Part shown: positions 7,987 through 18,148 of the stretch, one piece after another | Position numbering within the stretch: the first letter of the stretch is position 1 | Layout: every line of letters begins with the position of its first letter | Source: an uncultured Brevundimonas sp. | GTDB lineage: Bacteria > Pseudomonadota > Alphaproteobacteria > Caulobacterales > Caulobacteraceae | DNA: 64,000 nt | Assembly (NCBI RefSeq): GCF_937863155.1 | Contig: NZ_CALMFB010000054.1 | Coordinates: forward strand, 29,975-93,974 | Direction: 5' to 3' | Notes under the pieces: generated by a model | What the model saw: the letters and a program-made list of their open reading frames with translations, nothing else | The model's database searches: none | What the model was told of the DNA's origin: nothing | Program-made: the position numbers and the translations under genes

Positions 7987-8478
7987 TCAGGCGGCGAACA
8001 GGTCTTCGTCCAGGCTACGCCGGGCGCGGTTGAGGCTTTGCTTAGCGGCCTGGTTAGCGGCCAGGGCCTGAAGCACGGGTTGGAAGGTCTCCACCTGTTC
8101 GGGGCTCAGCAGACCGCCAGAGCGCGAGGGGGCGGTGGCGGGTTCGGGCCGGACCGTCGGCGCTTCGGCCATCGGAGGGGCGACCATGCGCGGGGCGGCG
8201 ACGACGGGCGCGCGGTCCATCAGGGCCTCCAGCTCGGCCTTCAGGGCGCGGGCCTTGACGATGCGGTCGTGCAGCAGGTCGGTTTCCTGGTTCGAGGCCC
8301 GCAGCGACCCCAGGGCCGCCTCGGCCCGGGCGGCGGCGGTGTTCAGTTCGCTGACCGCACCGGCGAAGGCCAACTGTCCCTCGCGCAGGGTCTTCAGCCG
8401 CCGATCCAGCCGCACCCCATAGGCCAGGGCGGCCGCCAGCAGCATCATCAGCAGGGCGTCCATGATCACGCCGATCAT
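7987..8478 (-). CDS. DUF6468-like flagellar-locus membrane protein
   Basis: N-terminal TM then RLDRRLKTLR coiled coil; overlaps the fliM stop. Confidence 0.6.
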   Translation of the reverse strand: MIGVIMDALLMMLLAAALAYGVRLDRRLKTLREGQLAFAGAVSELNTAAARAEAALGSLRASNQETDLLHDRIVKARALKAELEALMDRAPVVAAPRMVAPPMAEAPTVRPEPATAPSRSGGLLSPEQVETFQPVLQALAANQAAKQSLNRARRSLDEDLFAA

Positions 8479-9536
8479 CCGTGTCTCCCCTTGGCGATGG
8501 AGCCGGCGGCCTCGGGGCTGATCGGCCCTTCGACGCGCACGGCGATGAACTGGCCCTTGCGGCCCATCTTGCCGGTGGTCAGCGGGATGGACCCGGCCCG
8601 GATCGAGATGTCGCTGTCGGGCGTGGCGTTCAGCATGAAGGTGTCGCCGACCTTCAGGTTCAGCACGGTCGACAGGGGCGCCTGCTGTTCGTCCAGCACG
8701 GCGCGGACCTCGGTGTCGGTGGTCCAGAGTTCGGTGGCCAGGTGGCCTTCCCAGATGTTGTCGCGGCCGAATTTCTCGCCCATGAACTGCTGCAGCAGCA
8801 TCTTGCGGATCGGCTCCAGCGTCGCATACGGCAGCAGCAGCTCGATCCGTCCGCCCCGGTCCTCCATGTCGATCCGCAGCTTGACCAGGATGGCGGCGTT
8901 GGCCGGGCGCGCGATGGCGGCGAAGCGGGGGTTGGTCTCCAGCCGGTCCAGGTTGAAATGCACCGGCGTCAGCGGCTCGAACGCCGCCGAGGCGTCCTGA
9001 AGCACCACCTCGACCATCCGCTGGACCAGCACCCGCTCGATGGTGGTGTAGGGCCGGCCTTCGATGCGCAGGGCCGCCGTGCCGCGCCGTCCGCCCAGCA
9101 GCACGTCGACGATGGAATAGATCAGGTTGGAATCGACCGTCAGCAGGCCGTAGTTGTCCAGCTCCTCGGCCCGGAACACCGCCAGGATGGCGGGCAGGGG
9201 GATGGAGTTCAGATAGTCGCCGAAGCGGATGGAGCTGATGTTGTCCAGCGACACCTCGACGTTGTCCGAGGTGAAGTTGCGCAAGCTGGTCGTCATCAGC
9301 CGCACCAGGCGGTCGAACACGATTTCCAGCATCGGCAGGCGTTCATAGGACACCAGGGCCGAGTTGATGATGGCGCGGATGCCGGTGCGTTCGCTGTCGT
9401 CGCCTTCGCCCAGGTCGAAGCCCAGAAGGCTGTCGATCTCATCCTGGTTCAGGACGCGTTCGGACAGGCCCGTGGCGCGAACCTCGTCGTCGTTCAGACC
9501 GGCCAGCGGATCCCTGTCCTGAAGCGTGTCGGCCAT
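8475..9536 (-). CDS. fliM: Flagellar motor switch protein FliM
   Basis: LNQDEIDSLLGF, YERLPMLEIVFDRLVR, C-terminal SpoA domain. Confidence 0.97.
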   Translation of the reverse strand: MADTLQDRDPLAGLNDDEVRATGLSERVLNQDEIDSLLGFDLGEGDDSERTGIRAIINSALVSYERLPMLEIVFDRLVRLMTTSLRNFTSDNVEVSLDNISSIRFGDYLNSIPLPAILAVFRAEELDNYGLLTVDSNLIYSIVDVLLGGRRGTAALRIEGRPYTTIERVLVQRMVEVVLQDASAAFEPLTPVHFNLDRLETNPRFAAIARPANAAILVKLRIDMEDRGGRIELLLPYATLEPIRKMLLQQFMGEKFGRDNIWEGHLATELWTTDTEVRAVLDEQQAPLSTVLNLKVGDTFMLNATPDSDISIRAGSIPLTTGKMGRKGQFIAVRVEGPISPEAAGSIAKGRHG

Positions 9537-9539
9537 GGC

Positions 9540-10193
9540 CTATTGCACCAGCATTTCTTCGATCAGCACGGCGTCGACCTTGCCCGGCGCGGCGATCAGA
9601 TTGATGCGGCGCAAGAGTTCGGCCTTCAGCTGATAGGTGGCGGCCGAGCCCTGCATCTCTTCGGGGCGCAGCTCGCGCAGGAAGCTTTGGAACATGTCCT
9701 GCATGCGCGGGGCCTCGGCCTGGAGGTGTTCGGCCAGGGCCGCGTCCTTCATCTCCAACGTGAGTTTGAGTTTCAGGAAGGTGGGCCGGCCGTCAGCCGA
9801 CTGCACGTTCACGACCATGTCCGGCAGGGTGTAGAAGGTCACGCCGTCCGGGCCTTCGGCGATCTTGCCGGCGGCGGGGTCGGCCTCGCCGCCTTCCTTG
9901 CCATGGCCGCCGCCCTTCTTCTCGGCCTTGCCGTGGCCGCCGCCCTTCTTTTCGCCATGGCCTTCGTCGGCCTTTTCCTCGCCGTGGGCGGCGGCGGGCT
10001 TAGGCTGCATCAGCATGAAGGCGGCCGCGCCGCCCCCGCCCAGCACCACCAGGGCGGCCGGGATGATGATGAACAGAAGGGGCAGCTTCTTCTTGGCGGG
10101 CGCCGCGTCCTCGGCCCCGGCCTCGCCGTCCGCGACGGCCGGCACGGCGGCGTCATCGGCCGGTTTGTCCTTCTTCTTGCCCAGCTTCAGCAT
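9540..10193 (-). CDS. fliL: Flagellar basal body protein FliL
   Basis: Single TM, FYTLPDMVVNV, FLRELRPEEMQGSA; start at MLKLGKKK. Confidence 0.93.
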   Translation of the reverse strand: MLKLGKKKDKPADDAAVPAVADGEAGAEDAAPAKKKLPLLFIIIPAALVVLGGGGAAAFMLMQPKPAAAHGEEKADEGHGEKKGGGHGKAEKKGGGHGKEGGEADPAAGKIAEGPDGVTFYTLPDMVVNVQSADGRPTFLKLKLTLEMKDAALAEHLQAEAPRMQDMFQSFLRELRPEEMQGSAATYQLKAELLRRINLIAAPGKVDAVLIEEMLVQ

Positions 10194-10242
10194 GCGCGCA
10201 CGACGCCCCGGATGATCCCAGGGGTCAGTTGGGGCCGGTTTG

Positions 10243-10258
10243 GTTAACGGGACGTTTA
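10243..10258 (-). promoter_or_regulatory. CtrA-type site of the class II fliLM promoter
   Basis: Minus strand TAAA-N7-TTAAC, close to the TTAA-N7-TTAA consensus. Confidence 0.6.
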
Positions 10259-10262
10259 GAAA

Positions 10263-10277
10263 CGGCAAATCCTGCCG
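10263..10277. promoter_or_regulatory. ftr-like (FlbD) enhancer
   Basis: CGGCA-AATCC-TGCCG inverted repeat about 55 bp upstream of the sigma54 promoter. Confidence 0.55.
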
Positions 10278-10332
10278 GGCGCCGATGGGGTCGGATCGGC
10301 CCAAACCCAGGCGGGGCCTGCGTTAACCCTGT

Positions 10333-10347
10333 TGGCACGAGGGTTGC
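10333..10347 (+). promoter_or_regulatory. sigma54 -24/-12 promoter of flgFGAH
   Basis: TGGCAC-GAGGG-TTGC. Confidence 0.88.
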
Positions 10348-10375
10348 GAGAGCAGGGACGAAGGAGCCATGCCCC

Positions 10376-11113
10376 GTGGAAAACGCCGCCTACATCGGAC
10401 TGTCCCGCCAGATGACGCTGCGTCGCGAACTGGATATCGCGGCCAACAACATCGCCAATGCGGACACCACCGGCTTCAAGGTCGAACAGTTGCTGCTGGG
10501 CACCGAGGTCGGCGAGCGGGCGCGCAACCACGCGGTGCGACCGGGCGTCAGCTTCGTGCTGGATAACGGCGTGGGCCGCGACTACGGCCAGGGCGCCCTG
10601 AGCCAGACGGGCCGGCCGCTGGACTTCGCCATCGAGGGCGAGGGGGTGTTCTTCGAGCTGGAGACGGCGCAAGGCCCCGCCTACACCCGCGACGGCGCCT
10701 TCACGGTCGATCCCGAAGGCCGTCTGGTCACCGAGGCCGGTCACGCGGTCCAGGGCGAGGGCGGCGAGATCATCCTGGACCCCGCGCGCGGCCAGGCCTC
10801 GGTCGCCGCCGACGGCACCATCACCCAGGACGGCCAGCCGGTCGGCCACCTGAAGCTGGTGCGGTTCGACGCCCTGGCGGCCCTGTCCAAGGGCGGCGAC
10901 GGCCTTTACCGCAACGCCTCGAACGCCGCCGCCATGGACGCCGCCGACGCCCGCGTGCGCCAGGGGATGCTGGAAGGCTCGAACGTCAATCCGATCCTGG
11001 AAGTCACCAATCTGATCGAGATCAGCCGCGCCTATGAGCGGATCACGCGGATGATCGAAAACACCAACGACCTGTCCCGGCGCGCCGTCGAGCGCCTGGG
11101 CCGGGCGAACTAA
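10376..11113 (+). CDS. flgF: Flagellar basal-body rod protein FlgF
   Basis: GTG start after AAGGAG; YIGLSRQ...ANNIANADTTGFK; LEGSNVNPI. Confidence 0.95.
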   Translation: MENAAYIGLSRQMTLRRELDIAANNIANADTTGFKVEQLLLGTEVGERARNHAVRPGVSFVLDNGVGRDYGQGALSQTGRPLDFAIEGEGVFFELETAQGPAYTRDGAFTVDPEGRLVTEAGHAVQGEGGEIILDPARGQASVAADGTITQDGQPVGHLKLVRFDALAALSKGGDGLYRNASNAAAMDAADARVRQGMLEGSNVNPILEVTNLIEISRAYERITRMIENTNDLSRRAVERLGRAN

Positions 11114-11125
11114 GGAGGCCCCGAC

Positions 11126-11914
11126 ATGCGCGCTCTCAGAACCGCCGCCTCGGGCATGCTGGCCCAGCAGCTGAACGTGGAGGTCATCTCCAACAACATC
11201 GCCAACATGAACACGGTCGGCTTCAAGCGTCAGCGGGCCGAGTTTCAAGACCTACTGTACCAGAACGTCGAACGCATGGGCGCCCAGTCGTCCAGCCAGG
11301 GCACGGTGGTGCCGACCGGCATCCAGATCGGCGCGGGCGTCAAGGCCGGCAGCGTCTATCGCATCACCGAACAGGGCAGCCCGACCCGCACCGGCAACAC
11401 CTATGACATGGCCATCGACGGCCGGGGCTATTTCCAGGTGACCCTGCCGTCGGGCGAACTGGCCTATACGCGGGCCGGCAATTTCTCGCCCAATGGCGAG
11501 GGCCAGCTGGTGACCGACGACGGCTATCTGGTCGAGCCGGCCATCTCCATCCCGCAGGACGCGGTGGACGTGACCGTGTCCAAGACCGGCCAGGTGCAGG
11601 TCACCACCCAGGGCGCGACCGAACCGCAGATCGTGGGCCAGCTGGAGCTGGCGACCTTCTTCAACGAGGCGGGCCTGGAAGCCATCGGCGACAATCTGCT
11701 GCTGGAGACCGCCGCCTCGGGACCGGCCGTGGTCGGCGCCCCGGGCGAGCCGGGTTTCGGCCAGATCCTGCATCGCTTCACCGAGGCGTCGAATGTCGAT
11801 GCGGTCAGCGAGATCAGCGCCCTGATCGTGGCCCAGCGCGCCTATGAGATGAACTCCAAAGTCATTTCGACCGCCGACAACATGCTGTCCGTCGCCGCCC
11901 AGGTGAAGAGCTGA
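11126..11914 (+). CDS. flgG: Flagellar distal rod protein FlgG
   Basis: MRALRTAASGMLAQQLNVEVISNNIANMNTVGFK; AQRAYEMNSK. Confidence 0.97.
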   Translation: MRALRTAASGMLAQQLNVEVISNNIANMNTVGFKRQRAEFQDLLYQNVERMGAQSSSQGTVVPTGIQIGAGVKAGSVYRITEQGSPTRTGNTYDMAIDGRGYFQVTLPSGELAYTRAGNFSPNGEGQLVTDDGYLVEPAISIPQDAVDVTVSKTGQVQVTTQGATEPQIVGQLELATFFNEAGLEAIGDNLLLETAASGPAVVGAPGEPGFGQILHRFTEASNVDAVSEISALIVAQRAYEMNSKVISTADNMLSVAAQVKS

Positions 11915-12585
11915 TGAGCATCCTGTTTCCCCTGAATCCGCCGCCTCGACCGCCGCTGTTCAGCCGCCGCGCGCGCTGGACGGCCGCCTGGGTCGCCGCC
12001 GTCGCCGCGGTGCTGGCGGCCACGCCTGCGCTCAGCGGGCCGGTCACCCTGAAGGCCCAGCCGGTCGATTCCGACGGGCGGGTGACGCTGGGCGATCTGT
12101 TCGACGGGGCGGGGGCCGCCGCCGATGTGCAGGTGGCGACCCGCGCCGGGCCGTCCGTGGTGCTGGAGGCCGGTCAGCTGCAGATGCTGGCGCGCCAGTC
12201 GGGCCTGGAGTGGAGCAATCCCCAGGGCCTGCGCCGCGTCGTGGTGCGCAACGCCGCCCTGTCGCCGGGCGCCGCCGCCGCCCAGCCGGCCGAGGCGTCG
12301 GCCACGCCCGCCGCCGCCACGATGACGCCGTCGCGCGCCGTCGCCGCCGAACGGGTGATCGCCCGCAACGACGTGGTCTCGGTCGCCTATCAGGTCGGGG
12401 GCGTGACCCTGACCGTCATGGGCCGCGCCCAGAGGAACGCCGCCGTGGGCGAGCCGGTCGCCATTCTGAACCCGACCTCGGGCCGGATGATCGACGCCGT
12501 CGCCATCGGGCCGGGCCAGGCCATGGCCGGACCCGCCGCCCAGGCCGCCCGCACCGCCGCCTTGCAACAGTTCGCCGCCCGCTGA
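11914..12585 (+). CDS. flgA: P-ring formation chaperone FlgA
   Basis: Signal peptide, VTLGDLF, C-terminal RNDVVSV...LNPTSGRMI; position in operon. Confidence 0.85.
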   Translation: MSILFPLNPPPRPPLFSRRARWTAAWVAAVAAVLAATPALSGPVTLKAQPVDSDGRVTLGDLFDGAGAAADVQVATRAGPSVVLEAGQLQMLARQSGLEWSNPQGLRRVVVRNAALSPGAAAAQPAEASATPAAATMTPSRAVAAERVIARNDVVSVAYQVGGVTLTVMGRAQRNAAVGEPVAILNPTSGRMIDAVAIGPGQAMAGPAAQAARTAALQQFAAR

Positions 12586-12597
12586 GGACCGTTCGTC

Positions 12598-13332
12598 ATG
12601 CGTAAGATCCTGATCGTTTCCGCCGCCGCCCTGATCTTGGGAGCCTGCTCGACCGTCGCCGAAACGGTGCGCGGACCCGAACTGGCGCCCATCGGCTATC
12701 CGGCGGCCCTGGTCCCGGTGCAGCAGGCCTATCTGCCGGCGCCTCAGGCCCGGCCCGAAGCCTCGGCCGCCAGCGCCAACAGCTTGTGGCGCGCGGGCGC
12801 CCGCACCTTCTTCGGCGATCAGCGCGCGCGTCAGGTCGGCGACATCCTGACGGTCAACATCAACATCGACGACCGCGCACAGACCCAGAATTCGACCACC
12901 CGCAACCGCTCGAACGAGATTTCCGGCGGGGTCAGCAATTTCTTCGGCCTGGAGAACAGCCTGGGCCGCGCCTTCCCCGGCGGGTTCGATCCGCAGAACA
13001 TGGTCGGGTTGGAAGGCCAGTCCAGCGCCGCCGGCTCCGGCTCGGTCAACCGTGCCGAACGGGTCAATCTCACCATCGCCGCCGTGGTCACCGACGTGCT
13101 GTCGAACGGCAATCTGATCATCCAGGGTCGGCAAGAAGTGCGCACCAACCGCGAGGTGCGCGAACTGACCGTCGCCGGTATCGTGCGGCCCGAGGACATC
13201 TCGGCCGGCAACACCATCAGCCACACCCAGATCGCCGAGGCGCGCATCAGCTATGGCGGGCGCGGCGACATCAGCCGGGTCCAGTCCACCCCGGCGGCCC
13301 AGAGCCTGGTCGAGCGGTTCAGTCCTTTTTAG
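12598..13332 (+). CDS. flgH: Flagellar L-ring protein FlgH
   Basis: Lipobox LGAC; FFGDQRARQVGDILTV; IAEARISYGGRG. Confidence 0.97.
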   Translation: MRKILIVSAAALILGACSTVAETVRGPELAPIGYPAALVPVQQAYLPAPQARPEASAASANSLWRAGARTFFGDQRARQVGDILTVNINIDDRAQTQNSTTRNRSNEISGGVSNFFGLENSLGRAFPGGFDPQNMVGLEGQSSAAGSGSVNRAERVNLTIAAVVTDVLSNGNLIIQGRQEVRTNREVRELTVAGIVRPEDISAGNTISHTQIAEARISYGGRGDISRVQSTPAAQSLVERFSPF

Positions 13333-13500
13333 GCGCCCTAACGCTCCCGACGCGGTCGGTCGCTGCTTGAGGGCGGACGAGGGCGTGGCCGTTGGCTGCT
13401 TGAGCGTGAAACGGCCGTGTCCTGAACATCACGGGTCTGTCAGGCCCAAAGCTTCGCCGTGAACCGTTAACGGACGCCCGCGTTTGCCTGTCAGACGCGA

Positions 13501-13980
13501 GTGTTTGTGATGTTCAAGGTTCTGATTCCCGCCGCCGCCGCCCTGGGCCTGGTCGCCTTCGCCGCCCAGTCGCGCGAAGTTGTGGCCCCCGTCGCCGAGC
13601 ATGCGCCGATGGGCTGGCATCTGAGCCATGAAGGCGCGATGGCCAAGCTGGCCTACGGCGTGGCGAACTCCGACATGGTGGCGCTGATGCTGACCTGCAG
13701 TCCCGGGGACCAGGAGGCGGCGGCCTATGGTCCGGCCCTGCCGGCGGGTGCGCGTTTGGTGCGGGCGTCGCTGTCGGCGCCGGCCGAGATCGACCCCATG
13801 ACCGGCGACCTGATGCGCGAAACCAAGGTGTCCCTGGGTGATCCCGCCCTGGCCGGTCTGGTGCGTCATGGCCGTCTGGCGGTTCAGAGCGAGGGCGACG
13901 CGGGCGTGCTGAAGGCCACCGCCGCCGAGCGGCGAATGATCGGCGACGTCCTGGCCTATTGCGCGGCGCATCGTATCTGA
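13501..13980 (+). CDS. Exported hypothetical protein, paralog 1 of 3
   Basis: Signal peptide; GWHLSHEGAMAKLAYGVANSDMVALMLTC. Confidence 0.7.
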   Translation: MFVMFKVLIPAAAALGLVAFAAQSREVVAPVAEHAPMGWHLSHEGAMAKLAYGVANSDMVALMLTCSPGDQEAAAYGPALPAGARLVRASLSAPAEIDPMTGDLMRETKVSLGDPALAGLVRHGRLAVQSEGDAGVLKATAAERRMIGDVLAYCAAHRI

Positions 13981-14007
13981 CCCAATCTGGGTCGAACGGG
14001 CGGGGGC

Positions 14008-14445
14008 TTGACCGACATGATGATGCTGATGGCGGCCGTCGCCGGCCTGATGATGCAGGCGGGCGAACCGGCCTGGACCTGGAGCCTGTACGAAGGCGAG
14101 GGGCCGGTGGTCCTGGCCAATGACGTGCCGGACACCGCGCGCCTGCGCGCCACTCTGGAATGCGAGACGGGTCAGGGCGCCGCGCGCGTCACCGCCTATG
14201 GCGCCGGTTCGGCCGCTGGGGGCATGGCCACATTGCGGGCGGGCGCGGCGACGGCGGCGGCCGAGGGGCGGGCGGGCCGCGACGGTCGGCTGTCGGCCAT
14301 GGTGCGCACCGAACACCCGGTTTTCGCCGCCTTCGTCGAGACGGGCCGGCTGACCCTGACCGTGGGATCGACCGAGCGGATGGTCGAGGTGCAGGCCGAA
14401 CATCTTGCCAAATTGCGCCGCTTCGCAGAGCTTTGCGGGGGCTGA
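14008..14445 (+). CDS. Exported hypothetical protein, paralog 2 of 3
   Basis: Signal-like N-terminus; WTWSLYEGEGPVVLANDVPDTARLRATLEC. Confidence 0.7.
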   Translation: MTDMMMLMAAVAGLMMQAGEPAWTWSLYEGEGPVVLANDVPDTARLRATLECETGQGAARVTAYGAGSAAGGMATLRAGAATAAAEGRAGRDGRLSAMVRTEHPVFAAFVETGRLTLTVGSTERMVEVQAEHLAKLRRFAELCGG

Positions 14446-14462
14446 GGACAGGAACGGGCACG

Positions 14463-14987
14463 ATGGGGTCGCAAGCGAAGATCAGGGCGGGCGCCGTGGG
14501 CCTGGCGGGCGCGGCCTTTCTGGGCGCCTGTGCGACCGGAACCCCGCATTCGGCCTCGCTGACGGCGGCGGGCGGCGCAGGCGGCGCGCCGGCGCCCCTG
14601 GCCGGTTACGACTGGTTCCTGAACACCGAAGGCCCCGCGGCTCAGCTGGTCTATGGGCTGGAGGAAAGCGACGATGTGAAGCTGAGCCTGGGGTGCGAGC
14701 GCAAGGATGGACGGATCGAGGTTTCGGCCCACGGTCCTGACGGCGGCCCGGCGGAAATCCATCTGGAATCCGGCGGCGAGACCGAGCGCCTGCGGGCCAC
14801 GGCCGAGCCGATGGAGGTCAGCGACGGCGAATGGCTGACCGCCATGGCCCGCACCAGCGACCCGGTGTTCCAGCGCTTCCGCCAGGTCGGCTGGCTGGCC
14901 GTGTGGCAAGGAAATGAGCGTCATGCCTATGCCCCGCATCCGGGATCGCAGGATCGGGTGGAGCAGTTCTTCGGCCGCTGCGGCTGA
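14463..14987 (+). CDS. Lipoprotein, paralog 3 of 3
   Basis: Lipobox LGAC; YDWFLNTEGPAAQLVYGLEESDDVKLSLGC. Confidence 0.72.
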   Translation: MGSQAKIRAGAVGLAGAAFLGACATGTPHSASLTAAGGAGGAPAPLAGYDWFLNTEGPAAQLVYGLEESDDVKLSLGCERKDGRIEVSAHGPDGGPAEIHLESGGETERLRATAEPMEVSDGEWLTAMARTSDPVFQRFRQVGWLAVWQGNERHAYAPHPGSQDRVEQFFGRCG

Positions 14988-15008
14988 GACCGATCCGGGG
15001 GGATTGAG

Positions 15009-16799
15009 ATGAAACGCACGACCGCGGCCCTGGCGGCCCTGATGCTGGCTTGCGCCACGGCGCCCGCCAGCGTGGCGATGGGGCAAACGCCCGCGGTGGC
15101 GGTCCAGACGGCGTCGGCGCGACTGGCGGCGGTGATCGCCGACTATGAGGCCTATCGGATGCGGGTCGATCCGATGACGGCGGCGGCCGAGGGGGACGAC
15201 ACAGCCTTCGCCCGCCTGCCCGATGTCAGCCGCGCGTTCGAGCTGGCCCAGGCGGCGCCCATGCAGACCCTGCTGGACCGGCTGGACGCCATCGCGCCCG
15301 AGGGACTGACGGCGGCCGAACGGATCAATCACGCCTTTCTGGCGGGCATGCTGCGGCGCGAGATCGCGGGGATTGCGCTGGACGCCGGGCGGCTGTCGTT
15401 CGATTCCGAAGGCGGGCCGGGCAATTTCGCCGGCTATATGGCGCGTTCGACCCGCCTGGGTTCGGCGGTCGAGGCCGAACGCTACATCCAGCGGCTGCGG
15501 GCGTTGGGCCGCACCTATGACGACACCATCGCCAACGCCCGGCGCGGCCTTGAGACCGGCCTGGTCCAGCCGCGTTCGGTGGTCGAAAGCGCCATCGCCC
15601 TGGCGCGCAACGACGTGGCCCTGACGGCGGCGGACGATCCGCTGCTGGCGGCGTTCGACACCCTGCCCGCCGCTATGCCCGCCGAAGAACGCGCGGCGCT
15701 GAAACGCCAGGGGCAGGCGGTGATCGAGGCGGTTGCGGCCCCCAGCCGCCGCGCCTGGCTGGCCTTTTTGACCGACGATTATCTGCCCCAGGCGCCCGAG
15801 GCGCCGGGCCTGGCCCACCGGCCGGGCGGACGCGACCTGTACGCCTATCTGGTCGGCGCCTACACCACCACCGACCTGACGCCCGATCAGGTGCATCAAC
15901 TGGGTCAGCAGGAAGTGGCCCGCATCCGTGCGCGCATGCAGACCGAGATGCGCGCCGCCGGCTGGACCGGCGATTTCGCGGGTTTCCTGACCTTCCTGCG
16001 CAGCGATCCGCAATTTTACGCCGCCTCGCGCGAGGGGCTGCTGGAGAAGGCCTCGGAAATGGCCAAGCGCGCCGATGACGGTCTGCCGGCCCTGTTCGGA
16101 ACCCTGCCGCGCCTGACCTATGGCGTGCGGCCCGTCGCGCGCGAGATCGAGGAGAATTACACCACCGGCCGCTACAGCCCCGGCTCGCTGCGCAACGGAG
16201 TGGCGGGCGGCTATCTGGTCAACACTTCGCGCCTGGACCAGCGGCCGCTGTATGAACTGCCGGCCCTGACGCTGCACGAGGCCGTGCCGGGCCATCATCT
16301 GCAGATCGCCCTGCAGCAGGAGGCCGACGCCCAGCCGATGTTCCGCCGCCGCGCCGGGGTCACCGCCTTCACCGAAGGCTGGGGCCTTTACGCCGAATTC
16401 CTGGGCGAGGAGATGGGCTTCTACCGCACGCCGTATGAGCGGTTCGGACGGCTGAGCTATGAGATGTGGCGCGCCTGTCGGCTGGTGGCCGACACCGGCC
16501 TGCACTGGCTGGGCTGGACCACCGAACAGGCGCGGGCCTGTTTCCGCGACAACTCGGCCCTGGCGGCGCACAATATCGAGACCGAACTGCAGCGCTACAT
16601 CGGCTGGCCCGGCCAGGCGACGGCCTACAAGATCGGCGAGATCCGTCTGCGCCAGATCCGCCAGCGCGCCGAGGCGGCGCTGGGCCTGGGGTTCGACATC
16701 CGCGCCTTCCACGACGCCCTGCTGGTCGAAGGCGCTCTGCCGCTGGACCTGCTGGACGTCCGCATGGACGCCTGGATCGCCGAACAGGCGGCGCCCTAA
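15009..16799 (+). CDS. DUF885 family exported protein (zincin-like)
   Basis: LHEAVPGHHLQ, FTEGWGLYAE, PGQATAYKIG. Confidence 0.9.
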   Translation: MKRTTAALAALMLACATAPASVAMGQTPAVAVQTASARLAAVIADYEAYRMRVDPMTAAAEGDDTAFARLPDVSRAFELAQAAPMQTLLDRLDAIAPEGLTAAERINHAFLAGMLRREIAGIALDAGRLSFDSEGGPGNFAGYMARSTRLGSAVEAERYIQRLRALGRTYDDTIANARRGLETGLVQPRSVVESAIALARNDVALTAADDPLLAAFDTLPAAMPAEERAALKRQGQAVIEAVAAPSRRAWLAFLTDDYLPQAPEAPGLAHRPGGRDLYAYLVGAYTTTDLTPDQVHQLGQQEVARIRARMQTEMRAAGWTGDFAGFLTFLRSDPQFYAASREGLLEKASEMAKRADDGLPALFGTLPRLTYGVRPVAREIEENYTTGRYSPGSLRNGVAGGYLVNTSRLDQRPLYELPALTLHEAVPGHHLQIALQQEADAQPMFRRRAGVTAFTEGWGLYAEFLGEEMGFYRTPYERFGRLSYEMWRACRLVADTGLHWLGWTTEQARACFRDNSALAAHNIETELQRYIGWPGQATAYKIGEIRLRQIRQRAEAALGLGFDIRAFHDALLVEGALPLDLLDVRMDAWIAEQAAP

Positions 16800-17140
16800 T
16801 CCAGCGCCAGGGCGTCGCGCATCTTGCGGGTCAGCTTCGCGCCGATCAGGCGGCGCGCGATGGCGAAATGTTCGATCAGTTCATCCTGGGGCCAGGCGGC
16901 GGGGTCGGGCAGGTTCACCCATTTGGCCCGCGCCAGATACGGCGCCGGCAGCGCCCGCCCGTCCTCGGTCAGCACCGCATAGGCGATGTCCGACACCTTG
17001 AACGACACGCCGCCGGTCTCGCCCACGATCACGAACATCTTGCCGCCGATGCGATAGGCGTCGTTGTGAGGGCCGAACGGATGATCCATCGTCACATGCG
17101 GCAGCGCCAGACAGGCTGCGCGGATGGCGTCTCTGTCCAT
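16796..17140 (-). CDS. MmcQ/YjbR family protein
   Basis: YRIGGKMF...SFKV...[11 protein letters not shown]. Confidence 0.85.
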   Translation of the reverse strand: MDRDAIRAACLALPHVTMDHPFGPHNDAYRIGGKMFVIVGETGGVSFKVSDIAYAVLTEDGRALPAPYLARAKWVNLPDPAAWPQDELIEHFAIARRLIGAKLTRKMRDALALD

Positions 17141-17144
17141 GGCG

Positions 17145-17798
17145 TCAGGCCCCGACGCCGACGCCGATGGGGCAGGTGACCCCCGTGCCGGCGATGCCGC
17201 AGTAGCCGCCGGGGTTCTTGGCCAGATACCCCTGGTGATAGCCCTCGGCGAAATAATAGGGGCCGGCCGGGGTGATCTGCGTGGTGATGGGTTCCACGCG
17301 GCCCGCCGTGATCAGGGCCGCCTGATAGGCGTCGCGCGACGCCTCGGCCTCGGCCCGCTGGGCGTCGTCCAGCCAGTACAGGGCCGAGCGATACTGGGTT
17401 CCGCGATCATTGCCCTGGCGCATGCCCTGGGTCGGATCGTGGTTCTCCCAGAAGGCTTTCAGCAGATCGCCATAAGAGGTCTGGGCCGGGTCGAACACCA
17501 CCTGCACCACCTCGGCGTGACCGGTGCGGCCGCTGCACACTTCTTCATAGGTGGGATTGGGCGTCACGCCGCCCGCATAGCCGACCGAAGTCACCCACAC
17601 GCCGGGCAGTTTCCAGAACACCCGCTCCACGCCCCAGAAACAGCCCATGCCGAAGATCGCCGTCTGGAACCCTTCGGGGTGCGGCCCTTTCAGCGGACGG
17701 CCGTTGACCACATGCACTTCGTCGGTCGGCAGGGGTTCGGCGCGGCCGGGCAGGGCGGTTTCACGGGTCGGCAGGTCGGCGGTCGGCGCGTGGGCCAC
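17145..17798 (-). CDS. msrA: Peptide-methionine (S)-S-oxide reductase
   Basis: [45 protein letters not shown]. Confidence 0.97.
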   Translation of the reverse strand: MAHAPTADLPTRETALPGRAEPLPTDEVHVVNGRPLKGPHPEGFQTAIFGMGCFWGVERVFWKLPGVWVTSVGYAGGVTPNPTYEEVCSGRTGHAEVVQVVFDPAQTSYGDLLKAFWENHDPTQGMRQGNDRGTQYRSALYWLDDAQRAEAEASRDAYQAALITAGRVEPITTQITPAGPYYFAEGYHQGYLAKNPGGYCGIAGTGVTCPIGVGVGA

Positions 17799-17910
17799 GG
17801 GCGGTCTCCCTGAATCTATGTGGACGCCCGCACATATGGGGATGCCGCGAGCGCTTGCCGAGGGGGGGCGTCTGGTCTATCTGCCCCGTCTTCCGCGACT
17901 GCGTGGAAAC

Positions 17911-18000
17911 GGACAGGTGGCCGAGTGGTTGAAGGCGCACGCCTGGAACGCGTGTATAGGGGAAACTCTATCGGGGGTTCGAATCCCCCTCTGTCCGCCA
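17911..18000 (+). tRNA. tRNA-Ser(GGA)
   Basis: GGACAGG...CCTGGAAC anticodon loop, long variable arm, GGTTCGAATCC, ends CTGTCCGCCA; 90 nt. Confidence 0.97.
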
Positions 18001-18148
18001 CGCCAATTTATTGAAATTGTATCAGAAAATATCGCCACCCCCCTTGGGGGCGGCGCGCAATTCCAAGACTGTAGCGGCGGGTCTCCGGGGCTCGCTCAAG
18101 CACGATTTAGCGAAACGTCGCCGTCTGTTGGCAGACCGACAGCGCCCA

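Noticed and set aside
10369-10566. 65-aa ORF starting at the ATG right after AAGGAG as a leader peptide
   Set aside because: The ATG is only 2 nt from the SD; the in-frame GTG at 10376 has normal spacing and gives a canonical FlgF N-terminus.
17960-18060. tRNA-Ser 3' end as attL of the anaerobiosis cluster
   Set aside because: No second copy of the tRNA 3' end and no integrase were found in the window by eye, so an integrative element is not claimed. Only the adjacency and a short AT-rich stretch are noted.
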